From the NCBI RefSeq assembly GCF_009914755.1, contig NC_060931.1: a stretch of 64,000 nt of DNA; one strand, written 5' to 3'. The DNA comes from the human T2T-CHM13v2.0 reference genome, Homo sapiens. Positions within the stretch are counted from its first letter, which is position 1; each line of letters opens with the position of its first letter. Shown here piece after piece: positions 13,034-29,689 of the stretch. The notes beneath the pieces are model-generated. The model was not told the DNA's origin, did not search any database, and saw only the letters and a list, made by a program, of their open reading frames with translations. Made by a program: the position numbers and the translations under genes.

Positions 13034-16000
13034 AAAGACATTTTTTCTCCCTTTCTCTCTCTGGAGGGTTTTAAAACAATGTGTGGGTGTCTGTGATTAC
13101 TCAGACGCCTAGAAGTCAGAGAGGGCTACAGAGGACCTGTTAAGGTCTTTTATTCCTCCTGGCCCCAAACTGTTGCCCAAGTATAGATTTGAAATAAAGA
13201 GTTTTCTTTTTCATAGTTAGATTTTTGTTCCAGAATGTCAATTTCACCTGTTTCAGAGAGATACAGAAAGTTCATTTCTCCATCCATCCCAAATTGCCAA
13301 ATCCCACGTCTAGGAAATGTAGCTTATTTCCTAAAATGTTATTTAGTCATTTTCCTTTTTCTCTCTGTTATTCTGCTCAAATTATTCAACGTCTACTAGA
13401 GTATGGAGAGTTCATTTTTCCACTGGATTTACTCAATGCCTGTCAATATAATCTACTGAGTACAAAGTAAAGAAATAATATGACAAACCCCAACTCTTTC
13501 ATTCCTTAGTCCCATCTACCACACCAAGATAAAAAAGTAGATCATTTTCTCTCTGACCTGGAAGAATGGGAGTCTGGCTGGTCACATGATCAGCTGGGGA
13601 TGCCTTGGGCCACCCGGGGAGCAATGACATTAGTCCTCGACAGAATTTCTTCCTACTGTGACAGAACAGGTCCCACTGTGAGTAAAGCTACAGAGGATGT
13701 CATGCTAAAGCTGTGAGCTAGTGCTGTTGCTCTTAGGGGAGTGGTGAGTCTGGGGACCAGAAGATAAAGACACAACTTTGTCCAGTCCCTCTTGATTCCT
13801 CTCCCTCCACAGATTATTTCTGTACCCCTTCAAAGTGTCTCACCTCTCTCTCTAGCCCAATCAAAGATCTAATCCCAATCCTCAGTCAGTGGGAGGCAAA
13901 GTAGTCTTGAAACATGGACCTCCACTCTCATTGGAAAATAGAAAGACACATCACATGGGCAAATAGGTACAGTACTCAGTCAGCACTGTGAGCAGGGACC
14001 TGCCTGGATCTTAATCTCTATCTTTCCCTTGTACAGTGAATGGCAGGACCTGTGTGTTCAGCAAAGGCTGGCCGATAAATGAAGGACCATTCTAGCTTGG
14101 GGAATGAAGACACATTGGCCACTTTATCCCTAGTGCACTGAATGTGCATAGTGCAAAGATTCTTTCCTCCTAGACACTGGAACAAATGGCAGAGATGAGA
14201 CTGGAAGATGCACCACTCAAACTTCCTTGCCACAGATCACAGCTTTGCTTTTAAGGGAAAAGTGTCATAGAAGCCAAAAATGAGATCAGAGCACTCCACA
14301 TATAAAAAGTTTCAAAAGAGTTTGAATTTTAAAAATTAAATTGAATTAAATGATGACAACCTCATGGGGGAATTCATGAAGAACAAGTGGGGATATTTCA
14401 AATGGTATCAGTACACTGTACTGTCTGTATCTCCCTCTCCTAATTCAGCTATGCGAATGCAAAACTCAGCAGAACAGGAGTCTGTATTTGCATAGGATTC
14501 ATTTTTTATGCAATAAAAATAAGAGAATTCCCCCTGAAGTTGCACCTGCTCCAAGGCAGTTTCACGCACAAATCATTCAGACTGCTTCTTAGGATACCAG
14601 AATTTCCAAGGGAAGAAAAAAAGTTTGTCAAGTCTCTTCTTCGTGCCCCCTGATGCCTTCCTTTTGGGGGTTGATTTCTGGTAATATTGTCTTGTGTACA
14701 TGTTTCTATGAAAAAGTTTTTCTTTAGGCCCTCCTGTGAAATGCAGAAGGAAGTATTTGCAATAAAGGTTTCTTGAACTTTTAAATTACTGCATAATTTC
14801 TGAAATTCTTATATTAATATACACATTAGATAGAAATCACAGACATAAGGAGAAATAGCTCTGACCTAAGAATTGAGATAAATTGTTTCTAATCCTGGGA
14901 TACCCACAAATTTGCTGTGTGAGTGATATTCAAAGACATCTAATGACTTGCCCAAAATTTCACTTGTGACACATGTGTGTGTGTGTGTGTGTTATGGACA
15001 GAATGGTTGTTAGAATAAACAGTATCTGTAAGGAGGATTCCTGGCCAAAATGGCCAAATAGGAACAGCTCCGATCTGCAGCTCCCAGCGAGACCAATGCA
15101 GAAGGTGGGTGATTTCTGCATTTCCAACTGAGGTACACAGTCCATCTCACTGGGACTGGTTAGACAGTGGGTGCAGCCCATGGAGGGTGAGCAGAAGCAG
15201 GGTGGGGCATCACCTCACTCAGGAAGCACAAGGGGTCACGGAACTCCCTCCCCTGGCCAAGGGAAGCCATGAGGGACTGTGCCATGAGGGACAATGCTAT
15301 CCAGCCCAATACTAGGCTTTTCCCACGGTCTTCACAACCCACAGACCAGGAGATTCCCTTGGGTGCCTATATCACCAGGGCCCTGGCTTTCAAGCACAAA
15401 ACTGGGTGGCCATTTGGGCAGACACCAAGCTAGCTGGAGGAGTTTTTTATCATACCCCAGTGCTTCCTGGAACACCAGTGAGACAGAACTGTTCACTCAC
15501 CTGGAAAGGAGGCTGAGGCCAGGGAGCCAAGTGGTCTTGCTCAGCGGAGCCCATCTCCATGGAGCCCAATAAGCTAAGATCTACTGGCTTAAAGTTCTCG
15601 CTGCCAGCACAACCATCTGAAGTCGACATGGGATGCTCGAGCTTGGTGGGGGGAGGGGTGATCGCCATTACTGAGGCTTGAGTACATGGTTTTCCCCTCA
15701 CAGTGTAAACAAAGCCACAGGGAAGTTCAGACTGGGCGGAGCCCATGGCAGCACGGCCAAGCCACTGTAGCCAGATTGCCTCTCTAGATTCCTTCTCTCT
15801 GGGCAGGGCATCTCTGAAAGAAAGGCAGCAGCCCCAGTCAGGGGCATATAGATAAAACTCCCATCTCCCTGAGACACAGCACCTTTGGGAAGGGGTGGCT
15901 GTGGGCGCAGCTTCAGCAGAATTAAACATTCCTGCCTGCCAGCTCTGAAGAGAGCAGTGGATCTCCCAGCACAGTGCTCAAGCTCTGCTAAGGGACAGAC

Positions 16001-16370
16001 TGCCTCCTCAAGTGGGTCCCTCACCTCCGTACCTCCTGATGGGGAGACACCTCCCAGCAGAGGTCGATAGACACCTCATACAGGAGAGCTCTGACTGGCA
16101 TCTGGTGGGTACCCCTCTGGGACCAAGCTTCCAGAAGAAGGAGCAGGCAGCAATCTTTGCTGTTCTGCAGCCTCCACTGGTGATACCCAGGCAAACAGGG
16201 CCTGGAGTGGACCTCCAGCAAACTCCAGGAGACCTGCAGAAGAGGGGACTGACTGTTAGAAGAAAAACTAACAAACAGAAAGGAATAGCATCGACATAAA
16301 CAAAAAGGACAACAACGCAAAAACCCCATCCGAAGGTCACCAACATCAAATACCAAAGGTAGAGAAATCC

Positions 16371-17369
16371 ATGAAGAGGAGGAAAAACCAGCGCGAAAAG
16401 GCTGAAAATTCCAAAAACCGGAATTCCTCTTCTCCTCCAAAGGATCACAACTCCTCACCAGCAAGGGAACAAAACCGGATGGAGAATGAGTTTGACAAAT
16501 TGACAGTAGGCTTCAGAAGGTGGATAATAACAAAATCCTCTGAGCTAAAGTAGCGTGTTCTAACCCAATGCAAGGAAGCTAAGAACTTTGATAAAAAGTT
16601 ATAGGAACTGCTAACTAGAATAACCAGTTTAGAGAAGAACATAAATGACCTGATGGAGCTGAAAAACACAGCACGAGAACTTTGTGAAGCATATACAAGT
16701 ATCAATAGCTGAAGCAATCAAGCAGAAGAAGGGGTATCAGAGATTGAAGATCAACTTAATGAAATAAAGAATGAAGACAAGATTAGAGAAAAAAGAATGA
16801 AAAGAAACGAACAAAACCTCCAAGAAATATGGGACTATGTGGAAAGACCAAACATACGTTTGATTGGTGTACCTGAAAGTGACAGGAAGAATGGAACCAA
16901 GTTGGAAAACACACTTCAGGATATTATCCAGAAGAACTTCCCCAACCTAGCAAGGCAGGCCAACATTCAAATTCAGGAAATACAGAGAACACCACAAAGA
17001 TACTCCTCGAGAAGGGCAACCCCAAGATACATAATCGTCAGATTCACCAAGGTTGAAATGAAGGAAAAAATGTTAAGGGCAGCCAGAGAGAAAGGTCAGG
17101 TTACCTACAAAGGAAAGCCCATCGGACTAACAGCGGATCTCTCTGCAGAAACCCTACAAGCCAGAAGAGAGTGGGGGCCAATAGTCAACATTCTTAAAAA
17201 AAAAAAAAAAACTCAACCCAGAATTTCATATCCTGCCAAACTAAGCTTTGTAAGCAAAGGAGAAATAAAATCCTTTACAGACAAGCAAATGCTGAAAGAC
17301 TTTGTCACCACCAGGCCTGCCCTAAAAGAGCTCCTCAAGGAAGCACTAAATATGGAAAGGGAAAACTAG
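16371..17369 (+). pseudogene. L1 ORF1p remnant (premature stops)
   Basis: Translated pieces contain QEIWDYVERPNIRLIGVPE and ARREWGPI. Stop at 16551-16553. Confidence 0.9.
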
Positions 17370-17465
17370 TAACAGCCACTGCAAAAACATACCAAAATGT
17401 AAAGACCATCGACACTATGAAGAAACTGCATCAACTAATGGGCAAAATAACCAGCTACCATCATA

Positions 17466-21250
<3,785 letters not shown>

Positions 21251-21832
21251 CCATGTGTTCTCACTCATAGGTGGGAGTTGAACAATGAGAACAAATGGGC
21301 ACAGTGAGGGGAACATCACACACTGGGGTCTGTCGAGGGTGGGGGACAAGGGGAGGGATAGCATTAGGAGAAATACCTAATGTAGATGACGGGTTGATGG
21401 GTGAAGCAAACCACCATGGCACATGTATACCTACATAACAAACTGCACATTCTGCACCATGTATCCCAGAACTTAAAGTATAATAAAAAAAGGTAAAATC
21501 AGGACAAAAAAAAAGAATGAGGCTGGGGCCTGGAGAAACAAAGATAAACAGCTCGGGTACCTCTCATAAGGAGCTGGTGACCTAGAGACAGATGCACGTA
21601 AAGCTGTTATAATAAATGTGATATAATAGAGGGAGAAAGACCACTGAAGCCCAGTACTGATTGTGGCAAAGGCTGCTGCTGTCAGCCACAACTGTGCACC
21701 TCCTCTTCCCTAGTGTAACTTTGCTGCTAGGTAGCAACTTCCCAGCCTGGGACTATACTTCCAGCAGCATCTCTTGCACACAAACGTAGTCATGGTCAAA
21801 TTTTGTAATAAAAGCTGATCAAAGCAAAGGTC

Positions 21833-21833
<1 letters not shown>

Positions 21834-21871
<38 letters not shown>
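21834..21871. repeat. (CA)n microsatellite
   Basis: Directly visible. Confidence 0.95.
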
Positions 21872-21873
<2 letters not shown>

Positions 21874-22895
21874 CTATTGGTACCTACTTAATGCAAGTGC
21901 CACCTACCATGTTAACCTTTGGGCCAAGAGGAGTCTAGAGACTCCTAGAGAGAAAAAAAAGAAAGAAAACATGGAGATTTCTGTATTTAAGGCTCTTTGG
22001 TGACATGAAAAAGAGCCAGAAGCTCCTGCAGCTTAGAAGAAGTATGCAGAATGAAAAGTGGGGCTACCGTGCACAGCAGAGCAGAGGGTGCTATCCCCTG
22101 AGCAGGACAACGGCTCACCCCGACCCTGAGGTTCCAGGCCACGGAGCCACGTGGCAAGGCTGAGCTCTCCTGGTGGAGCATGAGGTGTGAGGGAGGGGCC
22201 CAGTGGCAGCCCCGATGTCCCTTCCATCTCTTCAGCATGCTTAGGATCATGCCTCCCCTGACTTAGGAATAAAGTCCAGCAATCAAGTCCCCATGGGCAT
22301 CCTCTTGATGAATTACACTCCCTCCTTTTATGTCAGATGTTCCTTAATGCTTCATTGTGACTTCCAGGCAGGTGAGCTTTTGAAAATATTCATTTTCTTC
22401 CTTCTTCATGAAAATCATTTCTTGCCCTCCCAACCTGATTCAACATCAGATCTTTTACTTTCACTATAACACTATTTCTCAGTATGTTTCAATAGAAGTT
22501 GCAGTTCTTACTGTTTTTAGCAAAATACATTTTTCCATTATCAGTGTTTAAACGTACGAGTGCAGTTTTAGCGAAATATCTTCATGATGACTTCTGGATC
22601 CCTGGAGGGATAATAAGACTGAAACACCATAGGAAGCTTTACTTTAAACCAGGGTTGGCTCTTGATGGAGTGGTATGCAGTTGGTTCTTCGTGTTTCTGT
22701 TGTTAGCTGGATCGCATTTCCACACTGTTGTCTGTTAGATAAATGCGCCCAAGAAGATGTATAAAGCTGTCTCAGATGTTTCAGTGTTTAAGACTAGAGA
22801 ACACTGGGTTTGCTGGTTCCCTCACATTCTACACTCTCCCCTGTATCTCTGGGGATCCTGGCTTCTTTTTCTTTCAATACAGACTTCTTTTATTA

Positions 22896-22962
22896 CAGGT
22901 TTGCAGTACACCCTCTCCTTCACCCTTACTCAGGTTTGCAGTTCACCCTCCCCTTCACCCTT
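22896..22962. repeat. 35-bp tandem duplication
   Basis: caggtttgcagt(a/t)caccctc(t/c)ccttcaccctt at 22896 and 22931. Confidence 0.85.
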
Positions 22963-23034
22963 CCCAGTCCATGTCCAAGTCCAAGCACAGCCTAAGACCT
23001 CACACACTGCAGGTAATAATAACAGTAACAGTAG

Positions 23035-23290
23035 CAACAAGAATGATAGTAAATGAAATTTACTGAGCATTTTCTACATGCCAGGCACTTGTTAAAGAGC
23101 TTTTCAATTAGCCACTCATTTAATTGTAATAATAACCATGTGAAATAAATATTATCGTCCCCATCTTACACATGGAAAGACTGAGGCTAAGAGAGGTTTC
23201 ATAAGTTGCCTCCGACCTCACATTGAGTGATGGCTAGAGCCATTATTTGATTTCACGCTTTTTGACTTCAAAGTCTCTATTCAATGCCTA
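23035..23290 (-). mobile_element. MIR
   Basis: MIR core: atttactgagcat...ccccatcttacacatggaaagactgaggctaagagaggtt. Confidence 0.75.
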
Positions 23291-25387
23291 TGCTATATTG
23301 CTTTTGTCATATTTTCCTTTTTCTTGAAGGCTTTGCAATTAAGATGTAAAGAAAACTGTTATCTTGACTTCCAGTTCATGTTTTACCATTTTGATATTAA
23401 GCCAAAGTAATAACGTTCTTATTTTGACCAAGGTCTTACAGGGAAATTTTAGGTATGACTTACTCTACCAAGTTAAAAAAAAAAAATAGAACTCTCATTG
23501 CAGTATTTTTTTTTTTTTTAGAAAATATACCATAGTTTTCTCTCTTAGTTCAAGTTGCCTTAATTCCCTGTAGACCCATAACAAGGAGACTTGCTATGAA
23601 ACTTGCAAGGCCGCTGGGTAAAATGATCCCCACTTTCCTGAAACATAACTGTTTTGGTAAAATTTCTCTAATAGAGAGTCTAGAAAATCTTTGTAGGCTT
23701 AAGTTCCCAGGTACTCTGTGGGGGTGGGTGGGGGGTCCTGTTTCTAACGATCTATCCCCAGGGCTTACACCTAGGGGTGGTTTCACAGAAGACTCCTTTC
23801 ATAAGTGAAATAATTTTTTTTTTAAACTAAGGATTCTTGCTTTTTTTGCATTTGATATTTCTTCCACTACATTTTCTTTGTTTGGCTATACACCCGAATT
23901 CCCCAGTTCTAGCAAATTTAAGATTCCCACTATGTACCTAGATTTATGTCTTATGGGTACTCCAGTGCCTACTGCTCCGGCTGGTACGTAGTAGGTATTT
24001 AGTATTTGCTAAGTAAAGAGGAACATTGAATTAATTGAATTGGATTCCCTGAAACAGGATTCGAACCCTTAGCCAAATGTGAGCCCTTGCTTGGACATGG
24101 TCGAAGAAGCCAGCGCATTAGGAAGGATTAGCTTCATTTCCAGCCAGAAAAACACTCCAGAGTGACAACTTAATTGAGTCCTGCTGCAGGCTCGGTTCTG
24201 GTTTGCTGCATGCAGGGCTGCTCTCTCTGGCTGAACTGGGCACAGAGATTGTGCAGCAAAATAAACAGCTGACTGCCTTGCACCAGAGTCTCTCTGATGA
24301 CACAGCGCTTGACTTCAAGTGTCAACAAACGGACCCTGAAATGAGACTAGATGTGAAACAAAGGACAGATTGTTCAAGCACTTTGCAACCGACACTCAGG
24401 GCCCCGTGTTGGAGTCAGTGAGCCTTGGAGACAACAGGAGAGAATCCAAAAGAAAGAGGAATTGTGGAAGATTCTCTCGCTTAAGTTAACTGGAATACTC
24501 TTGTGTTTGTATTTGACTTTTTCTGTTCCCCTCTTTCTCTTGCACATTGACACATTCCCATACATTTATGATTCGGAATCAGGAAAGGGATTGCAGGCTC
24601 TGAAAGCTGAAAGAGATCATCTAACCCAAACACTTCTTTTTTGGGGTCACAAATAAATAAGTACATTTAAAATACTTTATTCATTAGGAACTAAATCTCT
24701 GAAAATATGAAGCTCCATGGTCACAATTCCACATGGGAAACGAGAGAGTTGCCACTGCAGAGCAAGATGAAGCATGCTTGCCGGGCATCTGCCACACACT
24801 GAATGAGCCCACTGTCTATAAGAAAGTTACTACAAAAGGTGCAAGTGGCTTACCTGAAACACCCCATCAAGGATGCAATCCTGCAGTGCCTTTAATAGGC
24901 CCAACAAGTGCTTTGTGCTTTGCCTTGGACAGAAAAAGCCCATGGATTCTCATAAAGAAAGGCTTTTTTAAGACGGTCAGGCTCCAATGTGCCCAATCCT
25001 TTGCAGATGATTGGACCTGCATAGGTAAGTCCCCCTTCTGAGCACCTTGTCTGTGGTATGTTCACGGTTGTCTGCAGGACTAACAAGGATGGCTAAGGGT
25101 TCATCGGGTAAAACTTTTTAAATTGCCAAAATGAAGCTACACCAGCCTTTCCCTAAGAACTCCTGCCTTCTAAAACCAGATGTAGATTAAGACAAGAGTT
25201 ACAGCTTCTACACTAAAAATGAACAGTGCAAAATATTACAGGTACTCTTTCCTGAATACATTACACATTAAAGGTTCTGTAGTCCACACTCTGTTCTGAA
25301 CCACCAGGAAGAATCCTCAGAGGACTTGTGAGACCACAGCGCTCTCTCTGGAGCAATAAGAGAAGAGACTGAAACATCCTACCATTA

Positions 25388-25388
<1 letters not shown>

Positions 25389-25438
<50 letters not shown>
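25389..25438. repeat. perfect (AC)~25 microsatellite
   Basis: Directly visible. Confidence 0.97.
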
Positions 25439-25441
<3 letters not shown>

Positions 25442-26959
25442 CGATGGTGAACACGTTACTCTAAGTGCCGGATTCCCCACCAGACTCCCACCCCTATTGC
25501 CTGACCCAGGACTAGAGATGGATTCATGGATTGACTTAAGCTTTGAGTTAGCTTACCATAATAGGAAAAAGAAAATGGATGAAGACTGCCCAGGAATTCC
25601 TCCCCAGTCTTGCCCACAGGACCTCCACATAGTCCATTTTAGATTATGCCTACTTGGCTGCATTTTACTGAATGTTTGAAAAGAATTGCTTGATTCAGGT
25701 CGGACAACGGCTTAACCTTTCTAGACTTCCATCAGCTCTGAGCGTCTCATGCCACACCACAAAATTCTGCAGCAGCGTTTAATTCTGCATGTGACTAATG
25801 TCTGTTTATTTCCGAGAGGAAGAAAAGCCAAGAAGAGTGAGCCTTATATAGAGAATGAATGCTTAAATAAAATACCAACAACTAGAAAGCAGAAAAACAT
25901 ATCCGTTTTATTGTACTGTTTTTTTTCTTTCCACACTTTTCACTAAAAAATTTTTGCGACTTGTATTAATATGTTTTCAATTATTTATTAAAGTAAACCT
26001 ACTTTCCTCTATGAACTAATTCAAACCAAAACAATGCCTATTTACACAAGACCTAATTTCTAAAGGCACCGTTACATCTAACCCACTTTTAGACTAAATT
26101 AAATTATTAAGACATAAAACATACTAAGTAGATTTATAGTCCTCCCTCTTTTTAAATAAATTCCTAAATGTCTTCACGTGGTCTATTTTATGTGAGTTTC
26201 ACAAAATCTTGGAAGATAACAGAAGTAGACTATTTTACACATGGCAATACTAATACAATACTGAGGCTCAGAGATAACAAATTACCTGATCAAATTCATT
26301 CCAAAAAAAAAAAAAAAAAGTTGCAATTTACTAAGTTGCTACCAAGTGCCTTGATTGGCAGTTCCCAGTATTAGTGCCTGGAGTGACTGTCCACAATTCT
26401 GACAATTCTGAACATAGCACATGTCCACGGGCACTTCCCAACTGCCACTGTACTACCAAGTGAGATCAAACCCTCCTGCCCCTCAGCTCCTTAGAAGAAT
26501 TGCAGCTTGTCTGAAGATATTGGAAGTACTAGAGCATGCTGCCTAAATTGCTTCAGTTTGTAAATACTTCAATATTGGTAGGCATCTCAGAGCCAGCTCA
26601 GTGACCTCACATAAGACAGGTCAGAATCAGCTTAGAGGAGCTAGCCCCATGCTTCACACAAATAGGTTCACGTTAGTTTCCCAAGCATAGCTTTCACAGA
26701 ACACTGGTGCCTGGGATTTTGACTTAGTGTTTGTGAGGCAAAACAGCATCAGTGTTTTCCTAGACACTCCCCAGGTCAACCTAATGTGTGATGGAGAAAC
26801 ATCAACCCCAGAATGGTGGTCCCAGCCTCATGCGCTACCTAGGGCTTGCCATTTCTGTCCTTCACTCCTCCTAGAGCACATCTGCCTCTGGGAGTTTCTC
26901 TCATGCACGCTTCCTTCATGAAATCAGAGACACAAGATCAGTGTGATAGTAAACCTATA

Positions 26960-29405
26960 GATTTCTGCTTCTCAGCATAAAGGAATAACAGGGACTAGAT
27001 TTACTCTCCTTTCTACAATAAGAACATAGGAAAAATACACGAATGATGTGTTTTAGACTTTGGACAACAGGCAGTACAAGAGAGTCAACTGTAAGAGACA
27101 GGAGACAAACATTTGAGCTTACAAGGGCCCCAGCTCACTGCCTAGAGAAAGCTTCCAGACCACAGCCTAAGAAAGGAGATTGAGATAAGACCTGGTGGCC
27201 TAATGAACTGAGGACACAAAGCCCAGAGTTCCAGGAGTTCGGTAAAGCTAGACGTTATGGAGCAGGGTGTTGGAGAGGAGGTGCTTCACAGAAGACCTGA
27301 GCTCTAGAGACCTGCAGCACAGTCCTATGGGACCTTTAGCTCAATACTTATCTGTGTAAAAATGTGAGTGTGAAATGAACAAACACTAAATAATCACACG
27401 TCAAAATTCATAGAACGCATGCAAGGAAGTGCTAAGAGGAAATTTATGGCATTTTCCATAACCCAGGAACTCTCATAACCTGCCAAAAGATATCTGCCAA
27501 ATGATATCTACGAGAAACCAACAAGTAACATACTGAATGGTTGAATACTGAACACTTTTCCCCTTAGATCTAGAACCCAGGCAGAGATTTAATCCCTCAC
27601 ACTTCTAGTCATCATTTTACTGGCAGTCCTAGCCAGTGTAATAAGGTAGGAAAAGGAAATAAAAGCAGTAAAAATCAGAAATTAGTAAGTAAAACTGGCT
27701 TGATTTGCAGATAAAATGAACAGCTATGTAGAAAATCCTAAGAAATGTATGGAAAAACTACAAAATCAATAAAACAGTTGTTCAGCAAATTTGTAGGATA
27801 AAAAGTCAATTTACAAAAATAAATAATATTTCTGTATACTAACAATTGGAAATAGTAAGTTAAAAATTCATAACACCTTTTGAATAATCTTAAAAATATA
27901 ATCTAAGTGATAAACTTTAAAAAATATGTGATATTGGTAAAAATTTAAAATACCTAAATAAAGAGATCTACACTCAAATACACTTAATGTTACTAACATG
28001 CCAATTCTCCGAAAATTGATGTATAGAGTTAATGCAATCTTAATATTCCAGGTGGATTTTCTGCAGAAATCATCAAACTTATTCTAAAATTTATATTGAA
28101 ACATAAGTAATCTAGAATAGCCAAAACAATTTTAAAGAGGAAGAAAATCTGAAGACTTAAACGACCTGATTTTAAGTCTTTTTAAAAGTTACAGTAATCA
28201 GACAGTGTAATAATGTTGCAAAGGTAGTCAAATAGATCAATGGAACAGAATAGAGTCCAGAAACAGACCCATTCATCAGTAGCAAATTCATTTTCAATAA
28301 AAGTGCAAGTAAAAGCAACTCCATGGAGACAATCACCATTTCAACATAACATGAACAAACTGGACATCCACATACCAGCAAAAATGATCCTTGATCTTTA
28401 TACCATCTAAAAAATTTAACATGAACTGCATTACAGAGCTAAATGTGCAAATTAAAACTATAAAATTTCTAGAAACAAACAAAATAAAGCTTAATGACCT
28501 TGGCTGAGACAAAACTTTCTTAAATAGAGTATGACAGTCAAAATCACAAAAGAAAAAAATTGATAAATTAGACTTGGTGAAAATTAAAAGACTCAGCTCT
28601 TCAAAAGGCACTATTAAGGTTGTTAAAGAAATGACAGCAAGCCACGTATTGAAATAAGCTATCTGCAAAACATTTATTTGACAGTATATATTTAGAGATC
28701 TTACAATTCAATAATAGGAAGGCAATGTCCAATAATAAACTGGTCAAGGAGCTGCGTGATCCTTTTGTCAGTGAAGTTACAGGTGGCAAATAAATACACA
28801 AAAAGATACTCATCATTTGTCACAATCTGCCAGTTTCTAATAACGTTAAACATAAACTTATCATATGACCAGTAATTCTACTAAATATTTTGCTAAAAGA
28901 ATAAAAATTTTCACAGAATTGCCTATGCATGAGTGTTCATAACTTTATTCAAATTAGCTAAGAACAGGAAACAACCCAAATGTCCATCAACTGTTGAATG
29001 GATCAACACACTGAGTTATGTCCATATAACGAAATTCTACATAATAATAACAAAGAATTGAACCACTGATAAGCATGCAACGACACGGATGAATCTTGAA
29101 GGTACTATACTGAGAAGGAGGCCAGACCCAAATGATAGGTACTCCATGATTCCATTTATATGAATTCTAGAAAGGGACTTAACCACAGTGTTAGAAAGCA
29201 GAGCACTGATTTCCGAGGGCTGGGGTGTAAAGGAATGGACTGACTGTAAAAAGATAGAGGGAAGCTGTTTTTAAGGATGAAATTGTTTTGTATCATAATC
29301 GTGCTTACATGACTACACATTTTTTCAAAGCTCACTAAAATGCACTCTTAAATTAGAGAATGTGAATGAATGCATACTGTATCTCAATAAAGATGACACA
29401 AAAAA
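26960..29405 (+). mobile_element. old L1M (L1MC/L1MD-like), internally deleted
   Basis: Degenerate ORF2 (tttgcagataaaatg, gatcaatggaacagaatagagtccagaaacagaccc) and an L1M-type 3'UTR ending tctcaataaa. A 5'-end-like segment lies at ~26960-27360. Confidence 0.8.
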
Positions 29406-29689
29406 GTATAGAAAAATTGAAGAAAGAGAGGGAGAGCAGTAGAATATGAACTTACTGTGCAATGAAGGAAAACAATCTCAGGGGAAAGTCCAGTCACCAA
29501 GGTATCCTGACTTAGGTAACTCTGTCAAAGTTTTGGGGAATATGATGTGATTTAATGAGTTTATCTCTGAAATATGATGCATCTGTTAGAAGCAAAGTTC
29601 AAGTAACACTATTAAAGCTTAAAAGCAAAGAAAGTAATTTTAAAAATAAGCAATAGGATGAGAAATTTATCCCAAAAAGCCGCTCTTCT

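Noticed and set aside
21492-21514. 3' transduction after the full-length L1 (ggtaaaatcaggac plus A9)
   Set aside because: There is no TSD to delimit the insertion, so this cannot be told apart from flanking DNA.
24050-24072. tRNA gene suggested by the B-box-like ggattcgaaccc
   Set aside because: No cloverleaf or A box visible; more likely a MIR remnant or chance.
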